A DNA stretch of 34,943 nucleotides, taken from IMG/VR virus record IMGVR_UViG_3300046791_000665; one strand, given 5' to 3'. The translations under genes were made by a program, and so were the position numbers. Source of the stretch: an uncultured virus (IMG/VR IMGVR_UViG_3300046791_000665) (lineage: Duplodnaviria; Heunggongvirae; Uroviricota; Caudoviricetes). Position 1 is the first letter of the stretch; every line of letters begins with the position of its first letter. Shown piece by piece: positions 6,978-15,081 of the stretch. The notes beneath the pieces were generated by a model. It was given only the letters and a program-made list of their open reading frames with translations. It had not been told where the DNA came from and searched no databases.

Positions 6978-7181
6978 TTTCGCCGCCCCTCGGCGCTCTC
7001 GATCACCCTCACCTCAACGCGGCGCACGTCTTCGTACTGATGGCGCGCCTCGCGCTTGGTCAGGAAGATGGCTGGAACCCGGCGCGTCCAATCGACGACC
7101 CGGCCCACGTCCCAGTGTAGTTTCCCGTCTATGAACCCACCCCAGTACGTTCTCGTTTTCATTTCTTCCGCCCCTCGGCGC
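6973..7181. repeat. Direct repeat at gene junctions (6973-6996 and 7158-7181; 21/24 identical)
   Basis: Minus-strand GCGCCGAGGGGCGG-N3-AAATGAA spans the stop/start junction twice. Confidence 0.65.
6974..7162 (-). CDS. Hypothetical protein
   Basis: MKTRTYWGGFIDGKLH...YEDVRRVEVR; start at ATG 7162. Confidence 0.6.
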   Translation of the reverse strand: MKTRTYWGGFIDGKLHWDVGRVVDWTRRVPAIFLTKREARHQYEDVRRVEVRVIESAEGRRK

Positions 7182-7217
7182 GGGTGGCGAGGCTCCACTT
7201 GGTATGATCGGGCATCG

Positions 7218-7988
7218 CTACCCCTTCCTTCGCTGGCGATAGATTTCCATTTGGTGCTCCCCGTGCAGGCGGCGGGCTACGTCTACGTCCTCGGGCTTCG
7301 GTGTGGCGAACGAGACTTTCCAACCACCGCACTCGCACAGGTACGTGACGGCACCTCGATCGGAACGCGCGCGCATCTGATGTTCCCCCGCCACCGCCAG
7401 CAGGGTGGGGGCATGGACGAAATCGGAAGCGGGTGCGTCAGCCAGTGCGTCGGCGATGATGACGTTCTGCTGTTGGACGCCTTCATAGCCAAGATCGGTT
7501 ACGCCGTCGATCAACAGGTCGCGCAACGCCTCTTTGTGCCTCCCCTCCCTCGCCTGCGCGGCTTCAAGTTCGCGCTCAGCCTCAATGCGCCTCGCACGTT
7601 CGCGGTTCACGTCGGCTTCGAGGTCCCGCGTCACGGCCTGCGCGGCTTCGAGGGAGGCACGGGCGGAGTCACGTTCGGCGCGCAGGATAGCAACCGCACT
7701 CTGCCAGTCCGGGACGCCGGTCGGCTCTGCGCGCGCGATGCAGGGGCCGCACTGCATCGGCGGACAGATCAGGCCGCCGCACGATACGCAGGTGCGCGCC
7801 TTGACGTGGCGGTCGCACTGCTCCTGAGCGTCATCCCGTTCCTCCTCTGTCTTCGCCAGCGTTTCGTATGCCACCTCGGTGCAGGCGTCCGCGCTGTTCC
7901 TGTCCAGCCGTAGCCGCCTCGCCAGCGCTTTCCAACGGGCGACGTTCTCCCCGAGCCAATCGATCAAATCCTCGTCACTGCGGCTCAT
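7218..7988 (-). CDS. Coiled-coil protein with zinc-finger-like motifs
   Basis: Start MSRSDED (ATGA overlap); CxxC...CxxC and heptad repeats. Confidence 0.65.
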   Translation of the reverse strand: MSRSDEDLIDWLGENVARWKALARRLRLDRNSADACTEVAYETLAKTEEERDDAQEQCDRHVKARTCVSCGGLICPPMQCGPCIARAEPTGVPDWQSAVAILRAERDSARASLEAAQAVTRDLEADVNRERARRIEAERELEAAQAREGRHKEALRDLLIDGVTDLGYEGVQQQNVIIADALADAPASDFVHAPTLLAVAGEHQMRARSDRGAVTYLCECGGWKVSFATPKPEDVDVARRLHGEHQMEIYRQRRKG

Positions 7989-8419
7989 GGCGTCCCCGTC
8001 CCCGGCTTGGCGGCCTTGAAGGCTTCGAGAACATGCGCCGCCCAAAGCTCGAACCCGTCCCGCTGCTTGTTCGTGGACCCGCTGGGGATCGCACCTTGCC
8101 AGCCTGTGCGCGGCGAGCAATCGCACTGAGCGAACGCCCGCCCGCGCCCAAACTCGATCGTGTCGATGTGGGCGATGCCGCGCCAGCCGTGATCGAGAAC
8201 GGTCCAGAGGAGTCCCTTCGCCGTTCGTTCCTCCGCCTCCGCCACCTCGCGCGCACGGGATTCGGCGAGAGTACGGAGGGCTCGAACTTCGGCGATCAAT
8301 CGTCCGGTAGCGCCCTTCTCGAACGCTGGCCAGCGATACGATGCGCCGCCCATGAATACCTCGAACGCGGTCAACTCCTCGTCGGAAAGAGCTTCCAGGG
8401 CGGCGGGCTTAACGCTCAT
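7985..8419 (-). CDS. Hypothetical protein
   Basis: Start MSVKPAALE with AGGAG RBS. Confidence 0.65.
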   Translation of the reverse strand: MSVKPAALEALSDEELTAFEVFMGGASYRWPAFEKGATGRLIAEVRALRTLAESRAREVAEAEERTAKGLLWTVLDHGWRGIAHIDTIEFGRGRAFAQCDCSPRTGWQGAIPSGSTNKQRDGFELWAAHVLEAFKAAKPGTGTP

Positions 8420-8594
8420 AGGCAACTCCTGCGTGGGCGTCGAGTGCGGTGCGAAGTTTGGTCTGCACCCTGGAGCAGCGCGCCTTGTTGGCGCTCTCGT
8501 CGGCAGAACCGAGAACGCCGTCGAGGAGCAACTCCAGCGCACGCGCCTCGGCTTGCGTCAGGCGCAGGACAACGGCGGCTGGTTTAACGGGCAT
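8409..8594 (-). CDS. Hypothetical protein
   Basis: 61-aa ORF, GGAGG RBS. Confidence 0.55.
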   Translation of the reverse strand: MPVKPAAVVLRLTQAEARALELLLDGVLGSADESANKARCSRVQTKLRTALDAHAGVAYER

Positions 8595-8838
8595 GGGAGC
8601 CTCCGTTCGGGTCGGGGCACTCTTCGAACGAAAAAGGATCGCCGCCGTCGTTGACGATGCCTGTGATGGTCGCTACGTCGGATTCTTCGTAGGTACGGCG
8701 GGCTCCCGGCTTGAGCACCTTGAGTGAACCAGACCATGAGAACAGCGTGAGGGTGCGTGGCCACTTCTTCGCCAGTCGCCGCAGCGCCCTGATTGCAGCG
8801 CTCTCCTCGGCGGTGAGAGATACATCAACGGGGGTCAT
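8584..8838 (-). CDS. Hypothetical protein
   Basis: MTPVDVSLTAEE...LAKKWPRTLTLFSWSGSL...NDGGD. Confidence 0.6.
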   Translation of the reverse strand: MTPVDVSLTAEESAAIRALRRLAKKWPRTLTLFSWSGSLKVLKPGARRTYEESDVATITGIVNDGGDPFSFEECPDPNGGSHAR

Positions 8839-8849
8839 GGCGTCCTCTT

Positions 8850-9155
8850 TCATCGCAACCAGTTGATGTGGAGGAACCCGAGCGATAGCCCGCAGTGGTA
8901 GCCGTCGTAGCGCTCCTCGGAGTAGCCGACGCGCCAGTTGCGTGTGAGGCTGACCGTGTAGTAGCCGGCACCGTAGTGCCATTTGCTGTCGGAGCGACAC
9001 TGGTGTTGCGTGCCTACCTCAACGCCCTCGCGCCACGTCGAGGCGAGCAACGCCCAGCGGCGTCCCTTGATACCCGTCTTGTATTTGTCATCGTGACCAG
9101 CAACGGGACCACTCTCGCCCCAGGTTGCGATCGTGATCTCATGTTCCTTGCTCAT
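8850..9155 (-). CDS. Hypothetical protein
   Basis: Start MSKEHEI via ATGA overlap. Confidence 0.6.
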   Translation of the reverse strand: MSKEHEITIATWGESGPVAGHDDKYKTGIKGRRWALLASTWREGVEVGTQHQCRSDSKWHYGAGYYTVSLTRNWRVGYSEERYDGYHCGLSLGFLHINWLR

Positions 9156-9640
9156 TCCCCGCCTCCATCGTTGGGGCTGGGGGACTTGGAAACCTCGACG
9201 AGCTTGATGCCCGCGCGGTCCAGATTGGCGAGCACGTGCGGAAAGTGCTCTCGCAGTGCCGCCAGCATTTCCTCGGCGGTGTGCGCGCCCTCGAGCAGCA
9301 CCGTGCTGCTGCACCCGTAGCGCTGGTCGCCCTGGCACCGATCCCACCACTGGATCGCGGTGTAGCCGTTGTCGAGAACGTGCAGTAGGAATTGTCCCTG
9401 CGGGCACTCACCAGTGCTGTATTCAATGTCCAACCGCTCTTTCCTCGTCTTCCCCTCGCCAACCCAGCGCAGTCCGCCGTCATATCGCGCGTGCAGTTTG
9501 CGCGGCGCCAGAGTGCCATCGAGGCTGACTCGGTCGGCGCCGAAGTATCCCGCCGGGTGGCGGTAGTTTTTCGTGCCGTCGGGCAGGTGCATGTAGTGCC
9601 CCGCCTGATCCCAACAGCCAAAGAATAGGCACTTGCTCAT
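9152..9640 (-). CDS. Hypothetical phage protein
   Basis: 162-aa ORF (FFGCWDQAGHY...WWDRCQGDQR), coupled. Confidence 0.7.
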   Translation of the reverse strand: MSKCLFFGCWDQAGHYMHLPDGTKNYRHPAGYFGADRVSLDGTLAPRKLHARYDGGLRWVGEGKTRKERLDIEYSTGECPQGQFLLHVLDNGYTAIQWWDRCQGDQRYGCSSTVLLEGAHTAEEMLAALREHFPHVLANLDRAGIKLVEVSKSPSPNDGGGE

Positions 9641-9861
9641 TTTCCAGTCCGTCCCGACGCGAAACGCGCCTCGGTCAGCACACGCGCTATCTCCGCCGCC
9701 TGCTCCTGTGTGCGGCAGATGATGCTAGATTCGATCGTCAGCCGTGGGTCTTCGATACCCTCGATATACGCGACCACCGTCACGCAGCGCCCCGATGAAG
9801 TCGCCGAATGGACAAGGTGCCCATTGCGGCTGCGGTCTATCTCGATTGTCTTTCGGTTCAT
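9637..9861 (-). CDS. Hypothetical protein
   Basis: 74-aa ORF with ATGA overlaps on both sides. Confidence 0.6.
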   Translation of the reverse strand: MNRKTIEIDRSRNGHLVHSATSSGRCVTVVAYIEGIEDPRLTIESSIICRTQEQAAEIARVLTEARFASGRTGK

Positions 9862-10322
9862 CGTCCGCCCTTATCCTTGCGAATTTCCTTAGCGTAACCC
9901 TTGAACCTTTGCGCCACCGAGGAGAGCGCCCGCGGTCCCATCATCACGTACTTCTCGCGCATCTCTTGCGACAGGAGAATGTCGGCGGCGTTCTCCCATA
10001 CCAGCGCCCTCGCCTCCTCCTTGCCCCGGCTCTCCGGCGTGCCGCTCACCAGCGCCTTCATGTCATAGTGGAGTTGTTCGGCGACCCGTTCTTTCATTGT
10101 CGCAAGTCCCCGCTCCAGTTCGGCGACTCTATCCAAGAGGGGCAGCACGGCGTTGCGGAGGGCGGCGATGAAAGCGCCATCGTCATCATCGACGCGCTCA
10201 GCAACATATCCGCCATCGGCGTCGCCAACAAACTGCCCCGTGATCTCGTTGCGGAACACCTCCCACGGACCCTTCGTCGCCTTGCTCTCCAACTCGCGCA
10301 GGCATTCCAGTTCCTCGATCAC
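9858..10322 (-). CDS. Ead/Ea22-like phage protein
   Basis: LRELESKATKGPWE...DGAFIAALRNAVLPLLDRVAELE pattern. Confidence 0.7.
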   Translation of the reverse strand: MIEELECLRELESKATKGPWEVFRNEITGQFVGDADGGYVAERVDDDDGAFIAALRNAVLPLLDRVAELERGLATMKERVAEQLHYDMKALVSGTPESRGKEEARALVWENAADILLSQEMREKYVMMGPRALSSVAQRFKGYAKEIRKDKGGR

Positions 10323-10933
10323 GGGGACTCCTTGTATTTCACTGTCTCGCAGGTGACCGCGTGTATCACCTCGGATTCGTACTCAGCCTCGGCGTTGCAG
10401 TGGAGGCACCACACGTCGCACTCCTTGGCGCCGGGAACGCCGACGCTCCACGCGCGCCCCGCAACCGCCATCACCTCGGCTTTCAGGTCCCGCACGCGCG
10501 CCTGTACCCGCTCGTGGTCACGTTCGGCATTCTCCAACGCCGCCGCGCGCTCCACGCTTTCGAGTTGGACGCGTTCATAGTCCTCCCTCAACGCGTCGAG
10601 CACATCGGATTGCTGCTTGGCCTGCGCCTGCACCCGCTCGTGGTCGGCCTTGGCGCTCTCGATGGCGCACCGTCCCCAGCACTTCGGGCACGCGCCTACA
10701 CCGTGGCAGTAGGTGCACGCTTCGGCGGTGTCAGCCTCGGAGCCGGGGCGAGTTCTCTCGTTCGCCAGCGCCTCGGACTTGGGAATCCATCCCGCCTCAC
10801 GCGCGGCGGCTTGCCAGGAGGGCGCAGCCTGCAACCGTCCATCGGTGTCATGTGACAGTGGGTCGCCGCAGTAGCACGAACGCCATAGTCCGTCACCGCC
10901 GCGAATCTGGTGTACCTCGTGCGGAGCGCTCAT
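10319..10933 (-). CDS. Hypothetical protein with CxxC motifs and a coiled coil
   Basis: CTYCHGVGACPKCWG; repeated D(H/Y)ERVQ units. Confidence 0.65.
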   Translation of the reverse strand: MSAPHEVHQIRGGDGLWRSCYCGDPLSHDTDGRLQAAPSWQAAAREAGWIPKSEALANERTRPGSEADTAEACTYCHGVGACPKCWGRCAIESAKADHERVQAQAKQQSDVLDALREDYERVQLESVERAAALENAERDHERVQARVRDLKAEVMAVAGRAWSVGVPGAKECDVWCLHCNAEAEYESEVIHAVTCETVKYKESP

Positions 10934-11125
10934 CTACGTCCTTTTCTCGACGGCGGCTTCGATGGCGTCCAGCGCCTCGCGCAAGCAACAGTCACACGTC
11001 CAGACGCCGTTGACGCGCGCCACGGCGGCAACCTCCACGTCGCAGGAACCGCAGTAGGCTTGTCGGTTCTCGTCGGTGGTCAGAACCTCAGGCGCGCTCA
11101 TCTACGTCCCCTTCTCGACGGCGGC
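10926..11125. repeat. 32-bp direct repeat (10926-10957 and 11094-11125; 30/32 identical) flanking a one-gene cassette
   Basis: gcgctcatctacgtcc(tt/cc)ttctcgacggcggc. Confidence 0.8.
10934..11101 (-). CDS. Small zinc-finger-like protein (55 aa, below the ORF-track cutoff)
   Basis: MSAPEVLTTDENRQAYCGSCDVEVAAVARVNGVWTCDCCLREALDAIEAAVEKRT*. Confidence 0.6.
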   Translation of the reverse strand: MSAPEVLTTDENRQAYCGSCDVEVAAVARVNGVWTCDCCLREALDAIEAAVEKRT

Positions 11126-11734
11126 AACGGCATCGCGGAGGTCGCAGAGTTCACATCCCGAGCACGCCCCCGACCCGGTTCCCTTGAAGATGTGCGACGA
11201 GGTGTCGAGGAACGCCACCGCCGCCTCCTTCATCGCCAGCCATGCGGAGGGGGAGGAGGAAAGGGCGGCGCGTAAGTCCTCGTCGGCTCGCGTCAAGGCG
11301 TCGGTGGAGAGGTACGTTCCTCGCCGCGCCGCCTCGTTGATCTTGTCCTTTTCAGCGAGCAGCCGCGTTGCAGCCTCCACCATCCCCGCCTTCTCAGCCT
11401 CGGCAGCGTCGGCGCGCTTCTTCTCGTCGAGCATGAGGTTCGTGAGTTCGTGCGCGGACTTCTTGGCGGTCGCCTCCCACTCGTCGGCGCGCGCACGTTC
11501 GGCGGCAAGGTCACCAGCGGCCCTGTCAAGCCTGTCGCCGCGCTGGCGTTCAATCTCCCGTTCAGCACGAGCGGCGGCGAGGGCGGCGGTCAACCGCTCG
11601 GCATGTCGGTGCGCCACGTCCACGATAGCGTCACGCAGTTCCTTCTTTTTCGAAGGTGAATCGGTCCACTCGCGCGCAAGGTGCTTCGCATCGTCTCCGA
11701 GTTGCTGCCCGTCCACGTTATTGTCGTCGCTCAT
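11102..11734 (-). CDS. Coiled-coil hypothetical protein
   Basis: Start MSDDNN by ATGA overlap; Ala/Glu/Arg heptads; C-terminal CxxCxxC. Confidence 0.65.
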   Translation of the reverse strand: MSDDNNVDGQQLGDDAKHLAREWTDSPSKKKELRDAIVDVAHRHAERLTAALAAARAEREIERQRGDRLDRAAGDLAAERARADEWEATAKKSAHELTNLMLDEKKRADAAEAEKAGMVEAATRLLAEKDKINEAARRGTYLSTDALTRADEDLRAALSSSPSAWLAMKEAAVAFLDTSSHIFKGTGSGACSGCELCDLRDAVAAVEKGT

Positions 11735-12261
11735 TTCGCACCCGCGAACGCAGCCGCGTCGGCACACCGGCAACACCTACAGACGCACCCCATCTCGCCC
11801 TTGTCTGGATTGCACGTCTCGGGATTGAAGCAGTGAGCACCCGCGCCCACGTCAGGTTTCGCAGCCGCGTCACCATCGGGGCACCCCGGGCGATGGAAGA
11901 TGTTCATGGAGTCGCCCAGCGGGCAGCCGCAAATCTCGCTCACGTCCCGAGGAGCACCCGCGCCCACGTCAGGGGAGGGCGGCCCGTTCACCGGATCGCA
12001 TTCGGCCAGTGCTCGGCGCGCCTCGGGATCCAGTTCCGCCTGTTGGCTGATCAGGTTGGCGGCAAAGGCAGGGGAGGGCGGGGACTTGGGTTCGCGCTTC
12101 TCGGCGGCCGAGGTCGGGGGGATGGTTCCACATGCCGGGCACGCGCCGTAGTCCTTGTTGAACCCCATCCGACAACCGGGCTTCGCGCAGTTGACCATTT
12201 CGATCCCGAACTCGGCAACCACGGCGCTGAGGCTGTCGAAGGCGGGCTTGTCGATGGACAT
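11731..12261 (-). CDS. Cys/Pro-rich hypothetical protein
   Basis: 176-aa ORF; perfect 22-bp internal repeat encoding PDVGAGA (11835-11856, 11952-11973). Confidence 0.6.
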   Translation of the reverse strand: MSIDKPAFDSLSAVVAEFGIEMVNCAKPGCRMGFNKDYGACPACGTIPPTSAAEKREPKSPPSPAFAANLISQQAELDPEARRALAECDPVNGPPSPDVGAGAPRDVSEICGCPLGDSMNIFHRPGCPDGDAAAKPDVGAGAHCFNPETCNPDKGEMGCVCRCCRCADAAAFAGAK

Positions 12262-12648
12262 CTACGGCTCACCTTTCTTCGGCGGACGATTCGCGTATTC
12301 CGCCTCTACTTGTCCCCAGTCGATGGAGCGATCTTGGCGTGCCTTTGTCGGGGTCTGCACCTCGCACCCACAGGCGTAAGCGGTCCCTCCGCTTCGACGC
12401 GCGCATAGCCCGAGGTGCGGAGAGTGCTTGCACTTAGGGCACGGCTCATCATCGCGCCCCATGCGGGTCGCCAACCGCTCCAGCATCTCCAGCCGCACCG
12501 TCGAAACAATCGACACCGACTCGCCGTCCTCGAACTTTGCCTCGGTGATCAATTCCTGAACCTGCGGGATCGAGCCGTCGAGAGCGCGGAGGGATAAGAG
12601 GTTCCGCTTACTCCGAGAACGTCCGATCTTCAAATCCACGCGTTTCAT
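12262..12648 (-). CDS. Hypothetical protein with a C-terminal CxxCxH motif
   Basis: Start MKRVDLK by ATGA overlap. Confidence 0.6.
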   Translation of the reverse strand: MKRVDLKIGRSRSKRNLLSLRALDGSIPQVQELITEAKFEDGESVSIVSTVRLEMLERLATRMGRDDEPCPKCKHSPHLGLCARRSGGTAYACGCEVQTPTKARQDRSIDWGQVEAEYANRPPKKGEP

Positions 12649-13196
12649 CGCTTTTTTCCTTTTTGCTGCTTCTTTGGCGGACGCACGGGGCAATACTCGT
12701 CGAACAAATCGCGAACCTGCTCGCGGTAGTAATCATCTTTGAACGATGCGAGAAACTCTATCTGCCGCTTGAGTGTGAATTCAAACCCGCGCTCGAGCCA
12801 CCGCTCTAGAAGTTCAATGCGATAGGACGAATCGGCGCTGAAGTTCATGTCGGTGACGAATGCCGACCACCAATCCCCTTCTTCGCACCAGTCTTCCTCT
12901 TTTTCGTTCTCTGTATTTTCTTTTTTCGACGATGCCGGTGGAAGTGCCTTCGCCGCCGCCTCTCCTTCGAGTCGCTGGAGCGCGCCCTCCACCTCGGGCG
13001 AGACTGCGCCGTCGACCGACTCGACGAACCCGCGAAACTCCTTGACCAACTCCTTGATCGGTGTGCGGCTCTTCGCCTCCAGCAATTCCTGCTCGCGCTC
13101 CGCGAGTTCCCTCTTGCCGTGGCGCTTGGCCACCGCGTAGCCCGCGAGGTAGGCGCTGCAGACGGCCACGAACAAGATGAGGTTGAAGAGGATCAC
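12645..13196 (-). CDS. N-terminally membrane-anchored protein
   Basis: GTG start overlapping the ligase stop; ILFNLILFVAVCSAYLAGYAVA TM helix. Confidence 0.65.
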   Translation of the reverse strand: MILFNLILFVAVCSAYLAGYAVAKRHGKRELAEREQELLEAKSRTPIKELVKEFRGFVESVDGAVSPEVEGALQRLEGEAAAKALPPASSKKENTENEKEEDWCEEGDWWSAFVTDMNFSADSSYRIELLERWLERGFEFTLKRQIEFLASFKDDYYREQVRDLFDEYCPVRPPKKQQKGKKR

Positions 13197-13807
13197 GAAT
13201 TCACGATCCTCTCCGCCTCGGCGGGCGCATACCTCGCCCTCACTGCGTCGAGCCACGCCTTGGTCTTGGCCTTCGCCAATTCCCCGTTCGTCCCCTTGCC
13301 CACCACGCCCTCGAAGAGCGCGCCCTCGAACTCACCTTGGTAGACGCGCTCGATGAGTCCGCGGGTCCAGTGCGTCTTGCCGAGGTAGGGCACGGTCGGG
13401 ATCTCGCTGTCGATGAAGATCCTCTTGAAGTCACGGGGATCGAGCAGGTTCTTACCGTCGATCGACACGTCGAAGAGGGAGAGCTTCATGTCGTCGCCCG
13501 GAACCAGGAGACCGCCCAAGCTCTGCGGACCCCAGTACTCGGCGAAGGCGACCGCGCGATCCCACCTCTGCCTGCGGAAGATCCGCCGGAGGGGCTCATC
13601 CATCGTCTCTGCGAAAATCTTCACCGCGGGTCCGAACTCGGGATCGGAGATATCGAAGCGGCGGTCGCGTGTCCCGGCCTTGTACCAGCCGTTCTTCGTG
13701 GAGAACTCCCAGCGCGTGTTCCGCCCATCGGCCTTGCCGAAGACGTAGGCATAGAACTCGCGAAAGTTCTGCCCAGCGGCGCTGGTGATGGAGGGGTACT
13801 CGAGCAC
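13193..13807 (-). CDS. ATP-dependent RNA ligase (covalent nucleotidyltransferase, Rnl2/Rnl5-like)
   Basis: YPSI, motif I KADGRN, III FAEYWG, IIIa LFDV, IV FEGVVGK, V AKAKT; GTG start at 13807 after the RHH stop. Confidence 0.8.
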   Translation of the reverse strand: MLEYPSITSAAGQNFREFYAYVFGKADGRNTRWEFSTKNGWYKAGTRDRRFDISDPEFGPAVKIFAETMDEPLRRIFRRQRWDRAVAFAEYWGPQSLGGLLVPGDDMKLSLFDVSIDGKNLLDPRDFKRIFIDSEIPTVPYLGKTHWTRGLIERVYQGEFEGALFEGVVGKGTNGELAKAKTKAWLDAVRARYAPAEAERIVNS

Positions 13808-13809
13808 GT

Positions 13810-13965
13810 CTATTTGCCCTTCTTCTCTCGCATCATCTTCGTGAGCGCTTCTCGCACGAGAACCGCTACGGAGACCTGCCGCCGCGCCGATTCCTCCTCG
13901 AGCCAACGCTCCTGCTCGGGGAAGATGCGGACACCGATCTGCTTTCCTGTTCCGGGTTTCGCCAT
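13810..13965 (-). CDS. Ribbon-helix-helix (CopG/Arc-like) DNA-binding protein, 51 aa
   Basis: MAKPGTGKQIGVRIFPEQERWLEEESARRQVSVAVLVREALTKMMREKKGK*; not in the ORF track. Confidence 0.75.
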   Translation of the reverse strand: MAKPGTGKQIGVRIFPEQERWLEEESARRQVSVAVLVREALTKMMREKKGK

Positions 13966-13973
13966 TGCCTGAG

Positions 13974-14002
13974 AAGGTAACCAGAATGCTTACCAATGTC
14001 AA
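13974..14002 (-). promoter_or_regulatory. sigma70-type promoter with overlapping GGTAA-N9-TTACC inverted repeat
   Basis: TTGACA-17 bp-TACCTT, ATG 8 nt downstream; IR at 13976-13994. Confidence 0.7.
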
Positions 14003-14007
14003 GCAAA

Positions 14008-14208
14008 TTACAGCGAGCGGATCTTCTCGGCGATGCGGGCGCGCAGCTTCAACTCGCCCGCGCCGATGGGCTTGAACTCGGCGGCGATCTTCGCCGCGCG
14101 CTCGAGGGCTTCTCGCACCGCCTCCCGTACCACGCGCTCAACACACTCGACGCACGGGCCGTCCTTGTCGAGGCACTGCTCGCGCACGCGGTGAAGATCC
14201 GCGCTCAT
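14008..14208 (-). CDS. Hypothetical protein
   Basis: MSADLHRVREQC...EALERAAKIAAEF...IAEKIRSL; ATGA overlap. Confidence 0.6.
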   Translation of the reverse strand: MSADLHRVREQCLDKDGPCVECVERVVREAVREALERAAKIAAEFKPIGAGELKLRARIAEKIRSL

Positions 14209-14435
14209 CGCTGCGCCGCCCCCTCGGTCCCCTGCTCGCAGTCTTCTGTCTCGCAGTCCCAGAGGAGCCGCGCTCCGGACGCGGGCGGCTCGATGTCGCC
14301 CTGCCAGTACCACCACACCGGCTTCATCTTCGCGTGGCAGGAGGGGCAGGTGGGGCAGCGGTCGCCGAGCGCCTCCGCGATCGCGCACTGCGTCTGGCGG
14401 GACACGCGCATGTGGTGGGAAAGTCCGCCGCTCAT
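14205..14435 (-). CDS. Small zinc-ribbon protein
   Basis: MSGGLSHH...CPTCPSCHAKM...WDCETEDC; ATGA overlap. Confidence 0.6.
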   Translation of the reverse strand: MSGGLSHHMRVSRQTQCAIAEALGDRCPTCPSCHAKMKPVWWYWQGDIEPPASGARLLWDCETEDCEQGTEGAAQR

Positions 14436-14608
14436 GATGCCCGACCCTTCCCTCGCCGCTTGTGCTCCTCGCGCACGATCGCGCGCAGGGCCTGCGACCG
14501 GGTCACCGGCTCGCCCGCGCGCTTCCTCGAGATGTCGGCCGCGATGTCGTCGAGCATCCGAAGCGTGTCGGCGTCGAGGCGGAAGGACGTGGCGAAGGAT
14601 TTGCTCAT
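14432..14608 (-). CDS. Ribbon-helix-helix DNA-binding protein, 58 aa
   Basis: MSKSFATSFRLDADTLRMLDDIAADISRKRAGEPVTRSQALRAIVREEHKRRGKGRAS*; not in the ORF track. Confidence 0.75.
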   Translation of the reverse strand: MSKSFATSFRLDADTLRMLDDIAADISRKRAGEPVTRSQALRAIVREEHKRRGKGRAS

Positions 14609-14620
14609 CGCGAAAAAAGT

Positions 14621-14682
14621 GAGTCGACAAGATTTGCCAAGACGTTCATTTTCAGGATGTAGTCCTGGACGGCATTCGACTC
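14621..14682 (-). ncRNA. Y RNA-like unit 6
   Basis: GAGTCGAATGC..AGGACTACA..GTCTTGG..TTGTCGACTC; Ro60-binding-type stem. Confidence 0.75.
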
Positions 14683-14698
14683 TGACCTCGAAAAAAGT

Positions 14699-14823
14699 GG
14701 GCTGACAAAAATCGCCGAGACATATACCGCTGCTCTGCCAACTGAGCTACGGGCGCCTAAGCGTCCGACAGGAATCGAACCTGCGACCCGCGGTTCCATT
14801 GTAGTCCCTGCAGCATTCAGCCC
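14699..14823 (-). ncRNA. yrlA: YrlA-type Y RNA with a circularly permuted tRNA-like domain (unit 5)
   Basis: GGGCTGAATGC...GGGACTACA, then T-arm GCAGG-TTCGATT-CCTGT, acceptor-like stem CGGACGC-TTAG-GCGCCCG, D-arm GCTC-AGTTGGCA-GAGC, closing with TTGTCAGCCC; downstream of Ro60. Confidence 0.85.
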
Positions 14824-14831
14824 GAAAAAGT

Positions 14832-14890
14832 GCGGCGACAAAACGTTTTGCGAGACGACTTAGCATGTAGTCCCGACAGGCATTCGCCGC
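14832..14890 (-). ncRNA. Y RNA-like unit 4 (minimal, 59 nt)
   Basis: GCGGCGAATGC..GGGACTACA..GTCTCG..TTGTCGCCGC. Confidence 0.75.
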
Positions 14891-14899
14891 GAAAATAGT

Positions 14900-14977
14900 G
14901 GGTCGACAAGGGTGCCGAGACGTTATGTCATCGCCCGAAGGCGCCGACTCCGATGTAGTCCCGACTGCATTCGACCC
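14900..14977 (-). ncRNA. Y RNA-like unit 3
   Basis: GGGTCGAATGC..GGGACTACA..(cUUCGg hairpin)..GTCTCGG..TTGTCGACCC. Confidence 0.75.
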
Positions 14978-15000
14978 GAAATCAAAACCTTCGAAAAAAT

Positions 15001-15072
15001 GCGGCGACAAACCTTCTTGGCTAAGACATTGGTCAGGCAAGCCTGAATGTAGTCCTAGCTGGCATTCGCCGC
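15001..15072 (-). ncRNA. Y RNA-like unit 2
   Basis: GCGGCGAATGC..AGGACTACA..TCAGG-CTTG-CCTGA..GTCTTAGC..TTGTCGCCGC. Confidence 0.75.
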
Positions 15073-15081
15073 GAAATTAAT

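Noticed and set aside
13808..14002. ORF-track N-terminal extension of the RNA ligase
   Set aside because: Starts at a TTGACA -35 box and overlaps a clear RHH gene in another frame; ligase homology begins at YPSI
14725..14795. Standalone tRNA gene
   Set aside because: Arms are in permuted order (T before D), there is no anticodon loop, and it is embedded in a Y RNA scaffold
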